Source of the DNA: an uncultured archaeon
Lineage (GTDB): Archaea; Thermoplasmatota; Thermoplasmata; Thermoplasmatales; Thermoplasmataceae
NCBI GenBank assembly: GCA_000965745.1
Contig: CP009479.1
Span: 960,001 to 1,024,000 of the forward strand
DNA length: 64,000 bases
Direction of reading: 5' to 3'
Part shown: piece by piece, positions 49,954 through 60,044 of the stretch
Layout: each line of letters starts with the position of its first letter
Position numbering within the stretch: position 1 is the stretch's first letter
The notes under the pieces: model-generated
Told to the model about the DNA's origin: nothing
Seen by the model: only the letters and a program-made list of their open reading frames with translations
Databases searched by the model: none
Position numbers and translations under genes: made by a program

Positions 49954-50796
49954 ATGCCAAACAAAGTCTCTGAAATCATGACAAAGGATCCCATATTCCA
50001 CACGGTTCCGAGTTCACCAAATGAGGTTGTCAAGAAGTTAATCCAGAACAGCATAACAGGTATGCCCATGGCAGATAACAAGGGCAAGTATGTTGGCATG
50101 ATCAGCAGGCGTGATATATTCAACAACCCTTCCGAAACCCAAACGGCCATGGTGATGAGGAAAGCCAGCGCTGTCCTGGATTCTGACAGCATAGAGAGCG
50201 CAGCACTTGAAATGCTCCACCAGAGGAGGAGGCACATAGCAGTCGTGAACGCGGACAATCGCATTGTTGGAATCCTGACTCCACAGAACTTCCTGCCAAT
50301 TATCAGAGAAAAGTTTGGCGACACAAAGGTCAAGAATGTGATGATGAGCCTCTGCGTCCCAATATGGGATGAGACCCCTATCAACGTTGTTCTTTACTCC
50401 ATGAGCCTCTCCGGTGTGTATTCATCGCCGGTAATCGACTCAAATGAGAAATTTGTGGGCCTCATCACTGACAGGGATATATTCGACAAGGTCGATCTTA
50501 AGCCCCAGACCATGCTGGCGGAATCAGGCATTGCAGATGATGAAGATCCCTGGTCATGGGGCGGCATAAGAAATGTAATGACATACATGATCGAGAAGAA
50601 TTACATAAAACTCCCTAAAACTCCCGTTAAGGACATAATGGTTAAGGAACCTGCTGTAGTCTACAAGAATGACAAGCTGAGAGAACTGGTAAAGACCATG
50701 GAGGTGAAAAACTTCAACCAGCTTCCGGTTCTTGAGAGCGAAGGCAAATTAATCGGAATGCTATACGACATCGAATTAATGAGCGTATTTGCATGA
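49954..50796 (+). CDS. CBS domain-containing protein (4 CBS repeats)
   Basis: VSEIMTKDP, VGMIS.RD, VGLITDRD, VKDIMVKEP, LPV...GKLIGM. Confidence 0.9.
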   Translation: MPNKVSEIMTKDPIFHTVPSSPNEVVKKLIQNSITGMPMADNKGKYVGMISRRDIFNNPSETQTAMVMRKASAVLDSDSIESAALEMLHQRRRHIAVVNADNRIVGILTPQNFLPIIREKFGDTKVKNVMMSLCVPIWDETPINVVLYSMSLSGVYSSPVIDSNEKFVGLITDRDIFDKVDLKPQTMLAESGIADDEDPWSWGGIRNVMTYMIEKNYIKLPKTPVKDIMVKEPAVVYKNDKLRELVKTMEVKNFNQLPVLESEGKLIGMLYDIELMSVFA

Positions 50797-52010
50797 GTGT
50801 GTATGAAGAGGTAGTGGAACTAGCTAAAAGAAGAGGAATACTCTGGCCCGCCTTCTTCCATATCCGGGGGCCAGGCAGGTTTTTTATGATTATGGGCCAA
50901 TAGGCGTGCTTCTCAAGGTAATATTGTAAATGTGTGGAAGCAGGGTTACCTGAAGGAAGACGCCATATTGATGGACAGCCCGAATGTTACGCCATCACCG
51001 GTCTTGAGGGCACTTAGAAAACTTTGCAGACCTGGCAGTTGACTGCACTGGGTGCAAGTCAAAGTCCAAGCTCGAGTAGGTACTCAAATCGGCATCAGTG
51101 GGCATAACCCCAAAGACGAAGGAAGAGGCAGACTCAATTCTTAAGCAGTATGAAGACAAATGCCTCAACTGCGGGGCAAGGATCAATGAAGCATATTCGG
51201 CAGATCTCATGTCCAAGGTTGAGACAAACCAGTCTGGAGAAGCTCTTATATCAGTCCGGGAACGGCGCAGGGCATGTTCATCAACCTCAATCTTCTGAAC
51301 AGCTATTGCCGCGGAAAGCTGCCTATGGCAGTAGCACAGCTGGGGAAAGGTTTCAGGAATGAGGTCTCACCGAGACAGAGCCTGATCAGAATGAGGGAAT
51401 TCTTTCATGGTGAAGTGGAGGTGTTCCTGCAGAGAAAGCTTCTGCGACTGCTGGGATGCAGAGGCAATGATTGACGGAGACTGGGTCGAGATTGTCGGAA
51501 TTTCCGACAGTGGCACGTATGATCTCACCAGGCACCAAGAGTCATCCGGCGAGAACATGAATGTTAACATAGACGGACAGCGGTACCTTCCAAGGGTTGT
51601 GGAGCCTGCCCACGGGATAGATCGCATATTCATGGCTGTTCTCAAACATTCCTGCTACCGGCGGGATAGCGGGTACAAGATTCTAAAGCTCAATCTGGAG
51701 ATTGCCCAGTATCATGCTGCAATTCTCCCACTGATGAAAAAAGAGGGTCTTAAGGACTTCGCAAGTGAATTGTACGGCAAGATAAATGAGTTCGATCCTC
51801 CCCTCGTATACGATGAAACGGGGATAATTGGAAAGAGATACGCAGGGCAGGACGAAATCGGAACCCGGTTCTGCATCGCTGCAGATTATCAGACTCTGGA
51901 GGACAGGACTGTAACCGTAAGGTTCAGGGACCCGACCGAGCAGATAAGGATTTCAGCAGACCTGCTCCTGAAAGAAAGAAGAATTGTGGGCAATGGGGCA
52001 CTTGCTGAAC
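50793..52010 (+). pseudogene. glyS: Glycyl-tRNA synthetase (alpha2 type) pseudogene
   Basis: ATGA-coupled to the CBS gene. Fragments in different frames: MSVYEEVVELAKRRG / GFYDYGPIGVLLK / GHLENFAD / AQGMFIN / GKGFRNEVSPRQSLIRMREF / CWDAE...EIVG / VVEPAHGIDRI / IGKRY..QDEIGT...TVTVRFRD. Several frameshifts, an in-frame TAG at 51077-51079 and an internal deletion near 51440. Confidence 0.9.
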
Positions 52011-52217
52011 TTACTCAATCTTATTTATCCTTATTATTCCGGTGGGGCATGAGAGTGCGGCTTCCCTGTTGCACTCAAGATCCTCCTCATCAATTATCTC
52101 ATTTCTGAACGATGCTTTTCCGTCCATATCCATAAACCAGTTCTGGGGGCATATGGCCGTGCAGATTGTATCGGCCAGGCAGCCCGACCTGTCTACGCTT
52201 ATCCTGTATTTTGACAT
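52011..52217 (-). CDS. Monocluster ferredoxin ([3Fe-4S]/[4Fe-4S], CxxDxxC type)
   Basis: CLADTICTAICP...AALSCPTGII; last gene of the suf operon. Confidence 0.88.
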   Translation of the reverse strand: MSKYRISVDRSGCLADTICTAICPQNWFMDMDGKASFRNEIIDEEDLECNREAALSCPTGIIRINKIE

Positions 52218-52233
52218 TAATATCCAACCCGAA

Positions 52234-52617
52234 TCATTGGCTCGACTGGTACTCTTTTATGCATTTCTGAAGTGTGTTGAATGAAAGAAGGGCACATTTC
52301 TCCCTGCTGGGCCCGAGCTTAAGGCCAATCATGTCTATTACGCTCTCCTCGTCGATCTCCTTTAGCTCTTCAAGGGACTTTCCCATGATCCTGTCTGTGA
52401 GCATTGATGCCGAGGCCTGGCTTATGGAGCAGCCTTTTCCAACAAATTTAACGTCCTTTACGGCCCCATCCTCTATCAGCAGGGAGATGTTGACGGTATC
52501 CCCGCATACTGGATTTGACTCTGTCATGGATACGGTGGCGTTTTCCAGAGTTCCATAGTTATGGGGTTCCCTGTAGTGTTCCAAAACGATTTCAGCCTGC
52601 ATATCGTTATCGCTCAT
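52234..52617 (-). CDS. sufU: SUF system sulfur-transfer protein SufU (NifU/IscU-like)
   Basis: HYREPHNYG, NPVCGD, GKGCSISQASAS, REKCALL. Confidence 0.9.
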   Translation of the reverse strand: MSDNDMQAEIVLEHYREPHNYGTLENATVSMTESNPVCGDTVNISLLIEDGAVKDVKFVGKGCSISQASASMLTDRIMGKSLEELKEIDEESVIDMIGLKLGPSREKCALLSFNTLQKCIKEYQSSQ

Positions 52618-53897
52618 CTTACGAACGCCTTCTGTACTTTTTTAAGGGCATCGAAGAGTGCATTCACGTCCTCCCTGGAGTTGTATATGTAGAATGATGC
52701 CCTCGAACTCGCCACAATCCCTAATTTATTATTTAAAGGCATGGCACAATGATGGCCTGACCTTATCGACAGGCCGTAGGAATCAAGGTCTGCTGCGACA
52801 TCATGCGGATGTACGGCGCTGGTTTCAACGGACTCTACTGAGAGCTTCCTGTTTAGGTCAAGAGGGTGTATTTCCCCTATGTTGAAGGAGTACACGCCTC
52901 CCCTTTCCTGAACCTCCCTTGGTCCGTAGGAGACAAGATCCTTTATCCCGGATTCAATTTCCTTCTGAAGGACATAGGAAACCAGCTCCATTTCGTGACG
53001 GCGGACATTCTCCATTCCGAGGCCCCTGAGGAAATCCACTGCTGCTGAAAGACCTATAGCACCTTCAATATTGGGGGTGCCAGCTTCAAATTTCAATGGA
53101 GTATCATTCCAGGTTGATTCCTCAAGGCTTACCTCCCTGATCATCTCGCCCCCTCCCATGAAGGGGTGGAGGCTGTCAAGAAGGTCGAATTTTCCGTAAA
53201 GTACGCCTATGCCGGACGGGCCGAGCATTTTATGGCCTGAAAATGCCATGAAATCACAGCCTATGTCTTCCACATCAACTGGCATGTGCGGGACGCTCTG
53301 AGCCCCATCAACTATGAATACCGACCCGTTCTCATGGGCGATTCGCCCAATCTCCTTAACGGGGTTGATAGTTCCAAGCAGGTTTGAAACGTGTGTCAGG
53401 GAAACTATCTTTGTCCTCTTGCTTATTTTGCTCTTCAGGTCCTCAAGATCCAGATTTCCATCCGAACCGATATCCACAAATTTGAGTCTGACTCCTTTTT
53501 CCTTCAGGAACTGCCATGGCACGATATTGGAATGGTGCTCCATCACCGAAAGGAGAATCTCGTCTCCCTCTGTCAGGGACCTACCCAGTGTGTACGAAAG
53601 AAAATTCAGCGCTTCTGTGGCATTTCTCACAAAAACGATCTGCCTGCTGTCCTTAGAACCTATGAAATGTGACACGTTCTCCCTGGAGGCGTCATAAAGT
53701 TCCGTAGCTTCCTCACTTATTGTATAGATTCCCCTGTGGACGTTGCTGTTTGAATTGTAATAATAATCAACTATGGCATCTACAACCTCGACCGGTTTCT
53801 GTGTGGTTGCAGCACTATCAAGATAAACCAGTCTGTTGCCTTTTATTTCTCTGTTAAAAATGGGAAAATGTGATTTTATTTCTTCAGGGTTAATCAT
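52614..53897 (-). CDS. sufS: Cysteine desulfurase SufS (group II)
   Basis: YLDSAATTQKP, NVHRG, MEHHSNIVPWQ, DGAQS, FSGHKMLGP, RSGHHCA; start at 53897 or 53903. Confidence 0.95.
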   Translation of the reverse strand: MINPEEIKSHFPIFNREIKGNRLVYLDSAATTQKPVEVVDAIVDYYYNSNSNVHRGIYTISEEATELYDASRENVSHFIGSKDSRQIVFVRNATEALNFLSYTLGRSLTEGDEILLSVMEHHSNIVPWQFLKEKGVRLKFVDIGSDGNLDLEDLKSKISKRTKIVSLTHVSNLLGTINPVKEIGRIAHENGSVFIVDGAQSVPHMPVDVEDIGCDFMAFSGHKMLGPSGIGVLYGKFDLLDSLHPFMGGGEMIREVSLEESTWNDTPLKFEAGTPNIEGAIGLSAAVDFLRGLGMENVRRHEMELVSYVLQKEIESGIKDLVSYGPREVQERGGVYSFNIGEIHPLDLNRKLSVESVETSAVHPHDVAADLDSYGLSIRSGHHCAMPLNNKLGIVASSRASFYIYNSREDVNALFDALKKVQKAFVR

Positions 53898-55131
53898 TCT
53901 CATCCAGGCTCTCAGCGTACTCATACACTTTTTGGGTAAAAAGATCACTCCTAGCCTTTTCTATAAGTGAAGCCACAAACCCTCCAGTTATGATCTTCTT
54001 CGCCTCGCCTGGCGGGATTCCTCTGGACCTCAGATACAATATCTGCTCATCATCCACGTTGCTTATCGAAGAGCCATGCTTTGACCTGGTGTCATTATTC
54101 TTTATCATCAGCCCCGGTTTGGTGTTGGCATAACCCTGCTTTGAAAGTAGCAGTATCTTCGAGTCATAGAAGCCCGTTGATTTCCTGGACATTTCCTCCA
54201 TGTCAACATTTCCTCTGTGCATGGTGGAGCTTCCGCCCGTTACGACTCCTCTTACATTTATGCCTGCGGTTGTTTCCGCCCCGACCTGGAAACTACTGTC
54301 CCTTATGTCCATCTTCTGTTGTTTCTCGGAGAAACTGACGCCGTATACTTTGAAGCTTGAGCCTTTGCCAGGCTGCTGAGATTCGTTTGTGAAAAGGACC
54401 TTGCTTGAGCCGTGATGGATGTGGTATATCTCAAACTCTGCATAATCGTCCTCAAACGCCTTCACATGGGTGAGGTCCACAACGCTCTGGACATTGTCCT
54501 GAAGGTAGTTGTACTGGACTTTGCTGTTCTTTCCTAGGAAGAAATAGATATTCTTTCCATGGACACCATCACCTTTTCCGGTTGTGCTGTACGTATCCGT
54601 AAGGTTCAGCTTCGTATCGTCTTCCAGGATGATGACTGTCTTGAACGCAAATGAGGCGGTGGAGTCGAAGACCACTTCAGATTTCATCTCTATGCTTCCG
54701 GCCTTCCTTGGGATGTATATGAAAATCCCGTTCTGCCAGGAGGAGTTTATCAGATATTCAGTCCTTTCATCCCCGAACTTCCCCTCCGTGTATTTGCTGA
54801 GAAGATCACTGTGCTCCGAGATCGCGGTTTTCATGTCGGTTACAATGACGCCTTTTTTCTCAAGCTCACTGTTCACGTGAAGACGGTCATTGTCCATCAG
54901 TATGTCCGTGTTTGGAGGGAACTTTATGGTTTCTGACTTCTCAGGGAGGGTAATTTCCCCGAAAATCATCCTTTCAAGCTCTTCGTCTGTGATTTCAACG
55001 TAGTCTTTTACTGTAGGGCTCTCCTTGTGGATTCTGATGGGGAGTTTGAGGTATTCCTTGAATGCCTCAACCCTGTAGTCGTACTGCTGATCGCTGAATT
55101 TAGTTTTGAGTGTTTCCGGATATTCTTCCAT
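53890..55131 (-). CDS. sufD: Fe-S cluster assembly protein SufD
   Basis: Beta-helix region; KPGLMI.NND.RSKHGSS, YLRSRGI. Confidence 0.88.
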   Translation of the reverse strand: MEEYPETLKTKFSDQQYDYRVEAFKEYLKLPIRIHKESPTVKDYVEITDEELERMIFGEITLPEKSETIKFPPNTDILMDNDRLHVNSELEKKGVIVTDMKTAISEHSDLLSKYTEGKFGDERTEYLINSSWQNGIFIYIPRKAGSIEMKSEVVFDSTASFAFKTVIILEDDTKLNLTDTYSTTGKGDGVHGKNIYFFLGKNSKVQYNYLQDNVQSVVDLTHVKAFEDDYAEFEIYHIHHGSSKVLFTNESQQPGKGSSFKVYGVSFSEKQQKMDIRDSSFQVGAETTAGINVRGVVTGGSSTMHRGNVDMEEMSRKSTGFYDSKILLLSKQGYANTKPGLMIKNNDTRSKHGSSISNVDDEQILYLRSRGIPPGEAKKIITGGFVASLIEKARSDLFTQKVYEYAESLDEND

Positions 55132-55137
55132 GTCCGA

Positions 55138-56580
55138 TCATCCTTGTGCGCCGAGTTTGCCCATTTCAAGTTTTATGAGTCTGTTCATCTCGATGGCAAA
55201 TTCCATCGGGATCTCCTTCATGACATCATCGAGGAAACCAAGGACTATCATTGAGCTTGCCTCATCCTCACTGAGGCCTCTTGACCTCAGGTAATGAAGC
55301 TCGTCAGTACCTATCTTTCCAACAGATGCTTCATGGCCGAATGTTGCAGTTGGCTCATAAACTTCATCGTGCGGAAATGTGTATGATGTTGACTCATCAT
55401 TTATCAGAAGGGCATCACACTGCACGTGGCTCTTGGAGTGCTCTGCCCCCTTGTTCATCCTCAGGAGCCCTCTGTATATTGCCTTCCCATCCTCTATGCT
55501 GATGCTCTTGGCAACTATTCTTGAATTCGTGTAAGGGGCGAGGTGAATTGCTTTTGCGCCAGTGTCTTTAACTGTGCCTGGACCCGCGAGTGATATGTTG
55601 AGGTTGCTCGTTGTCGCGTGCGGCCCTCTCAGGTATGAGGACGGGTAAAGCATCGTAACCTTTGAACCAAGTGAGCCTCCGACCCATTCCATTTTTGCAT
55701 TCTCGTCCACCCATGCCCTCTTTGTAGGCATGTTGTAGACACTCTTGGACCAGTTCTGGACACTTGTGTATCTGGCTTCTGAGTTCTTCTTCGCGTAGAT
55801 TTCCACTATGGCACTGTGGAGTGAATTCTTGTCGTACCTTGGGGCTGTGCATCCCTCTATGTAGTGGACTTTTGAACCCTCGTCTGCAACGACTATTGTG
55901 TGTTCAAACTGTCCGGTTGCCTCTCCGTTCATCCTGAAATAGGTCTGAAGGGGCATGTCTATCTGCACTCCGGGAGGGACATACAGGAATGAACCTCCAC
56001 TCCAGACTGCACCGTTGAGTGCTGCAAACTTGTTGTCAGAGAAAGGTACTGCCTTGCAGTAGTAGTCCTTCACAAGGTCCGGGTGCTCTTTTACAGCGGT
56101 ATCAAGATCCATGAAAACGACTCCCTTGTCTTCCCATGTTTTCTTGAGATTGTGGTATACACCTTCGCTGTCGTACTGGGCAACTGAGCCTGCGAGGTAT
56201 TTCTGTTCCATTTCAGGAATTCCAAGCTTCTCGAACGTGTTTTTTATTTCATCTGGAACCTCATCCCAGTCCTGTGACTTGTTTTCATCGTATTTGTTGT
56301 AAAAAGAGGTGTTCTCCCAATCTATGCCTGAAAGATCAGGGCCCCATGTTGGGATGGGCTTTGACTCAAACACCTCAAGTGCCTTGAGCCTCATCCTCTT
56401 CATCCATTCAGGCTCTTTCTTGATCTCTGAAATCTCTTCAACAACTTGCTTATTCAGTCCAGCTCCCGTTGAATAAAGGGGCTTTAGTGAATCGTGAAAC
56501 TCCCAGTCTGAGGATTTGACGCTCTTCAAATCTTCCAGAAGTTTCTCCATTTCTTCATCTTTATTATACTCAACTTCCAT
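55138..56580 (-). CDS. sufB: Fe-S cluster assembly protein SufB
   Basis: WDEVPDEIKNTFEKLGIP, GQFEHT, YIEGCTAP, LHSAIVE, QCDALL, HEASVGKI. Confidence 0.96.
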   Translation of the reverse strand: MEVEYNKDEEMEKLLEDLKSVKSSDWEFHDSLKPLYSTGAGLNKQVVEEISEIKKEPEWMKRMRLKALEVFESKPIPTWGPDLSGIDWENTSFYNKYDENKSQDWDEVPDEIKNTFEKLGIPEMEQKYLAGSVAQYDSEGVYHNLKKTWEDKGVVFMDLDTAVKEHPDLVKDYYCKAVPFSDNKFAALNGAVWSGGSFLYVPPGVQIDMPLQTYFRMNGEATGQFEHTIVVADEGSKVHYIEGCTAPRYDKNSLHSAIVEIYAKKNSEARYTSVQNWSKSVYNMPTKRAWVDENAKMEWVGGSLGSKVTMLYPSSYLRGPHATTSNLNISLAGPGTVKDTGAKAIHLAPYTNSRIVAKSISIEDGKAIYRGLLRMNKGAEHSKSHVQCDALLINDESTSYTFPHDEVYEPTATFGHEASVGKIGTDELHYLRSRGLSEDEASSMIVLGFLDDVMKEIPMEFAIEMNRLIKLEMGKLGAQG

Positions 56581-56597
56581 TCTTTACACCATCCTTA

Positions 56598-57335
56598 TTA
56601 GGCTTTAATCCAATCATACCCATCCTCCTCAATCCTGAGGGAAAGGGCCTTGTCACCGTCTTTTATAATTTTCCCGCTCATCAGAATATGAACGAACTCA
56701 GGCTCTATGTCCTTGAGTATTCTCTGGTAGTGGGTGATTATCAGGAATCCGACGTCCTGGTTGTAGTATTTCTTGATTTCAGCTGCGACCAGCTTGAGGG
56801 CATCGACATCGAGGCCTGAGTCGATCTCGTCAAGGACTACGATCCTGGGCTTGAGCATGACCATTTGCAGTATCTCTACTCTCTTACGCTCCCCTCCTGA
56901 GAAACCGTCGTTAACAGCTCTCTGGATAAACGACTCATCGAGCCCGAGATTTTTCATATGCTCTTTCATTGTGTTGTAAAATTCCGTAATCTTGATCTTG
57001 TCTTCAGGGTGCACATTCTTGTACGCTGTTCTTATGAATGTTCCAAGCTTTACGCCAGCTACAGAAATAGGGCTCTGAAATGCAAGGAACAGCCCGGCTT
57101 TTGCTCTCTCTTCAGGGGTCTTGTCTGCGAGCTCTTTTCCGTCCAGTTTTACTGAACCGCCCGTTATCTCATAGCTGGGATGCCCTATCAGGACATTTCC
57201 CAAGGTACTTTTGCCTGCTCCGTTTGGACCCATCAGAGCATGAATTTCTCCCCCTTTCACAGTAAGATTAACGCCGTTGAGAATCTGCTTGCCTTCAACC
57301 TTGGCTGAAAGATCTTTGATGACTAATTCTGACAT
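56598..57335 (-). CDS. sufC: Fe-S cluster assembly ATPase SufC
   Basis: MGPNGAGKST, FLAFQ, VNDGFSGGERKR, LDEIDSGLDVDAL, ITHYQRIL. Confidence 0.96.
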   Translation of the reverse strand: MSELVIKDLSAKVEGKQILNGVNLTVKGGEIHALMGPNGAGKSTLGNVLIGHPSYEITGGSVKLDGKELADKTPEERAKAGLFLAFQSPISVAGVKLGTFIRTAYKNVHPEDKIKITEFYNTMKEHMKNLGLDESFIQRAVNDGFSGGERKRVEILQMVMLKPRIVVLDEIDSGLDVDALKLVAAEIKKYYNQDVGFLIITHYQRILKDIEPEFVHILMSGKIIKDGDKALSLRIEEDGYDWIKA

Positions 57336-57370
57336 CTGCTAATGCACCTACGTCATGATGATTTCTCTAT

Positions 57371-57396
57371 ATTTAAACACTTTCTTATGTTTAAAT
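57371..57396. promoter_or_regulatory. Perfect 9-bp inverted repeat in the sufC/regulator divergent promoter, candidate operator
   Basis: ATTTAAACA-N8-TGTTTAAAT overlapping TATA-like boxes. Confidence 0.55.
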
Positions 57397-57443
57397 TGAC
57401 TAAATTATTTATATCTGGAATCATTACATGTTCTAGAGTACGT

Positions 57444-58121
57444 ATGATAGAAACAAAGGGCGGAGCTTTAGATGACATAGAATCCTTTATGGGCCCTGTA
57501 AAAGCCAACATTCTCCACGAGTTGAGTTACTCCGAGAAGAGTATGGCTGAACTTTCTCAAATCCTTCAGATTAACAAGAATGCTGTCAAGGAGCATATGG
57601 AAAATCTGGAGATGAAAGGGTATGTCAAGCCCTTCTTCAGGGGGAAAGGTGCAGGAAGGCCAAGCAAATATTATGAACTCACCGAGAAAGGCCTTTCACT
57701 GCTTCCCAAGAGATACATAAATCTCGCGACAATGCTGATAGATGAAGTTGAATCAGAATTCGGAAAAGACAAACTCAACATTGTATTCGGCAAAATAGCG
57801 GACAAGATTCTCATGAACGCTGGATGGAAGGTGGCTTCCGATTCAGAGACTATACCCAAGGAACAGAAGATTCAGCACCTGAGGGAATTTGTTTCGACTC
57901 TGAACGAACTCGGTTATTATGCAAGGCTTGAGATTACCGACGACACAGTCAGGATAATCAGGCACAACTGTATTTTCTACGAACTTGCTAAGAACAACAA
58001 CAGAATCATTTGCGGCTCACTCGGCTCGCAGCTTATTGACAAATCTATAAATGACGAATTCAAAATTAAGGAGAAATTTTCTGAAGGGGCAAACAAGTGC
58101 GTGGTCGAGGTCAGTATCTGA
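57444..58121 (+). CDS. SufR-like HTH transcriptional regulator with C-terminal Cys ligands
   Basis: wHTH (AELSQILQINKNAVKEHMENLE.KGYV...GRPSKYYELTEKG...PKRY), C-terminal HNCIF...IC...C; divergent from the suf operon. Confidence 0.8.
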   Translation: MIETKGGALDDIESFMGPVKANILHELSYSEKSMAELSQILQINKNAVKEHMENLEMKGYVKPFFRGKGAGRPSKYYELTEKGLSLLPKRYINLATMLIDEVESEFGKDKLNIVFGKIADKILMNAGWKVASDSETIPKEQKIQHLREFVSTLNELGYYARLEITDDTVRIIRHNCIFYELAKNNNRIICGSLGSQLIDKSINDEFKIKEKFSEGANKCVVEVSI

Positions 58122-58179
58122 TCCCGGGAAGCGATATCCTACCATATTCTGAGTGGCTGACAAGGCCAAGCAGGAAGCT

Positions 58180-58917
58180 TTAGATCCTGTTTCTTTTCCA
58201 ATTTGCCAGCTTGGCTGTAACAAGTATCACGCCTATCATTTCTGCTGTATAGATAATCCCGGGGATCAGTATGCTGTGAAAGTCCCCGGCTATGGCACCT
58301 TTCATAAGTATAGCAGCCCAGCTAGTTGGCACGAGGTAGGCCACATATTGCAGGAACAGAGGAAGAGAAGTTATGGGGTAGTATATTGGCGGTACAACTC
58401 CGAAGAGGATGGAAAACATTACTGATATTGGCCATATGTCCCTCATCTCCCTGATCCTCGTGGAAACGAGATAGGAAAACATGGAGAATATTGCCCACGT
58501 AGTGAAGAGTGCACCAATTATGACCAGTATGGAAGCTGCCGATACATGCGACACCAATACTATGATGACAAAGAATATTGCTATGCCAGGGAGTGTGAAG
58601 ATTATGTTTCCAGTGGCAAGGCCGAATGTGTATAGGAGTGGGCCTACCGGTGTGGAGGCCACGATCTGCTGGAATTTCAGATCAAGTTTGTAAAAGAGCA
58701 GATCGGTCTGGAGCATTGTCGCAGAGTTGACTATTGTGAATAACAGCCCACCTATTGCGGCGATAAGAATTTTGGAAGGTCCTCCAAAGAGGTAAATGAA
58801 AAACAGAAAAGAGAAAGGTGTCGATATTACTGCAGCTAACGCTATTGGCCTTCTGTAGGCGGGTATCCAACCGTTTATGGCGTTGAGTGCAATTACTGCC
58901 CTGATCTGTGATATCAT
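58180..58917 (-). CDS. ABC-2 type exporter permease
   Basis: ~6 TM segments, PPIYYPITSLP...YLVPTS. Confidence 0.85.
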   Translation of the reverse strand: MISQIRAVIALNAINGWIPAYRRPIALAAVISTPFSFLFFIYLFGGPSKILIAAIGGLLFTIVNSATMLQTDLLFYKLDLKFQQIVASTPVGPLLYTFGLATGNIIFTLPGIAIFFVIIVLVSHVSAASILVIIGALFTTWAIFSMFSYLVSTRIREMRDIWPISVMFSILFGVVPPIYYPITSLPLFLQYVAYLVPTSWAAILMKGAIAGDFHSILIPGIIYTAEMIGVILVTAKLANWKRNRI

Positions 58918-59835
58918 CTATTCACCTTCTATCTGCTCACCCACCAGGGAGATGAACACATCGTCGAGACCAACAGGCCCGACCTCAATCCTGCTCTTGC
59001 TGATCATGTTCCCTGCGAGAATCTCGTCGACCGACTCGCGATCGGTGTAAAGAAGGAGGCCGTTCGGCAATTCCTGGCTTTCCCCGAACTTTGCATATGA
59101 CTGGTCATACCTGACACCAGGAAGGAAAACCCGGGTATCATGGCTCAGGGCGCTCCTGAGCCCGTCAAGTGTTCCCTGCCTGACAAGGGTTCCATAACTG
59201 ACAATTGCTATCTCATCACTAAGTGCTGCAGCCTCGTCCAGGTAGTGTGTTGTAAGTATGATGGTCTTGCCTTTTTCCTTGAACTTCTGAATTGCCTCCC
59301 AGACTTTTCTCCTGGTGATAACATCCAGCCCGATTGTGGGCTCATCAAGGAAGTATATCTGTGCATCTGCCGACAGTGAAATGGCGACCATTGTAAGCTG
59401 CTTCTGCCCCCCTGAAAGATTTACGCATTCCTTATCTGCAAAGTAGTCCATGTCAAGCAGTATGCACACATAGTCGGTGCTGTCCTTTGCACCTTCTCTT
59501 GTGTTCCCCAGCATCCTCTGGTAGTAGTAAACGTGCTCCCGGGGAGTGAGATGCGGAAAAGGCCTGCTTTCCTGCGGAACAAGGGATGTCATGGACCTTA
59601 TTTCGTCCGCATCTGTTTTTATATCTTTGCCGAAAACCCTCACGGTTCCACTGTCCTGCTCAAGCTGAGTGGTGGCAATTTTCACAAAGGTGGTCTTTCC
59701 TGATCCGTTTCTGCCGAGAAGGGAAAATATCATGCTCCTGCGTACCGTGAACGTGAAATTGCTTATCGCTAAGTTTTCCCTGCCTTTGTAACGGTAGGTC
59801 TTTCTCAGGTCAACAGACTCAAGTGGAACAGTCAT
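58918..59835 (-). CDS. ABC exporter ATP-binding protein
   Basis: GRNGSGKTT, LSGGQ, LDEPTIGLD, TTHYLDEA. Confidence 0.93.
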   Translation of the reverse strand: MTVPLESVDLRKTYRYKGRENLAISNFTFTVRRSMIFSLLGRNGSGKTTFVKIATTQLEQDSGTVRVFGKDIKTDADEIRSMTSLVPQESRPFPHLTPREHVYYYQRMLGNTREGAKDSTDYVCILLDMDYFADKECVNLSGGQKQLTMVAISLSADAQIYFLDEPTIGLDVITRRKVWEAIQKFKEKGKTIILTTHYLDEAAALSDEIAIVSYGTLVRQGTLDGLRSALSHDTRVFLPGVRYDQSYAKFGESQELPNGLLLYTDRESVDEILAGNMISKSRIEVGPVGLDDVFISLVGEQIEGE

Positions 59836-60044
59836 TCATCCTCTTATCCGGCGGCTTACAAAGCGTATCCAATTTCTAAGGTCTATGCTTCTTCATTGAA
59901 CGGGCGGTTAACTTGCATTTGCTTATCCATAAGTAAAGCTCACCCGGAAAAACCCTATCTTTTGGCCATATTTAAAGCTGAGTAAGCGCTTTCTGGTAAT
60001 GGAGTTAATAAACCATTACGGTTCAGTGAGGACACGATGCAGGT

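Noticed and set aside
27239-51079. Genome-wide amber (pyrrolysine) recoding suggested by two in-frame TAGs
   Set aside because: TAG ends several intact genes at their expected C-termini, the glyS TAG is accompanied by frameshifts, and no pyl genes are in the window
50793-51480. Programmed frameshifting or splicing that would rescue glyS
   Set aside because: Too many independent lesions, including a deletion and loss of invariant residues
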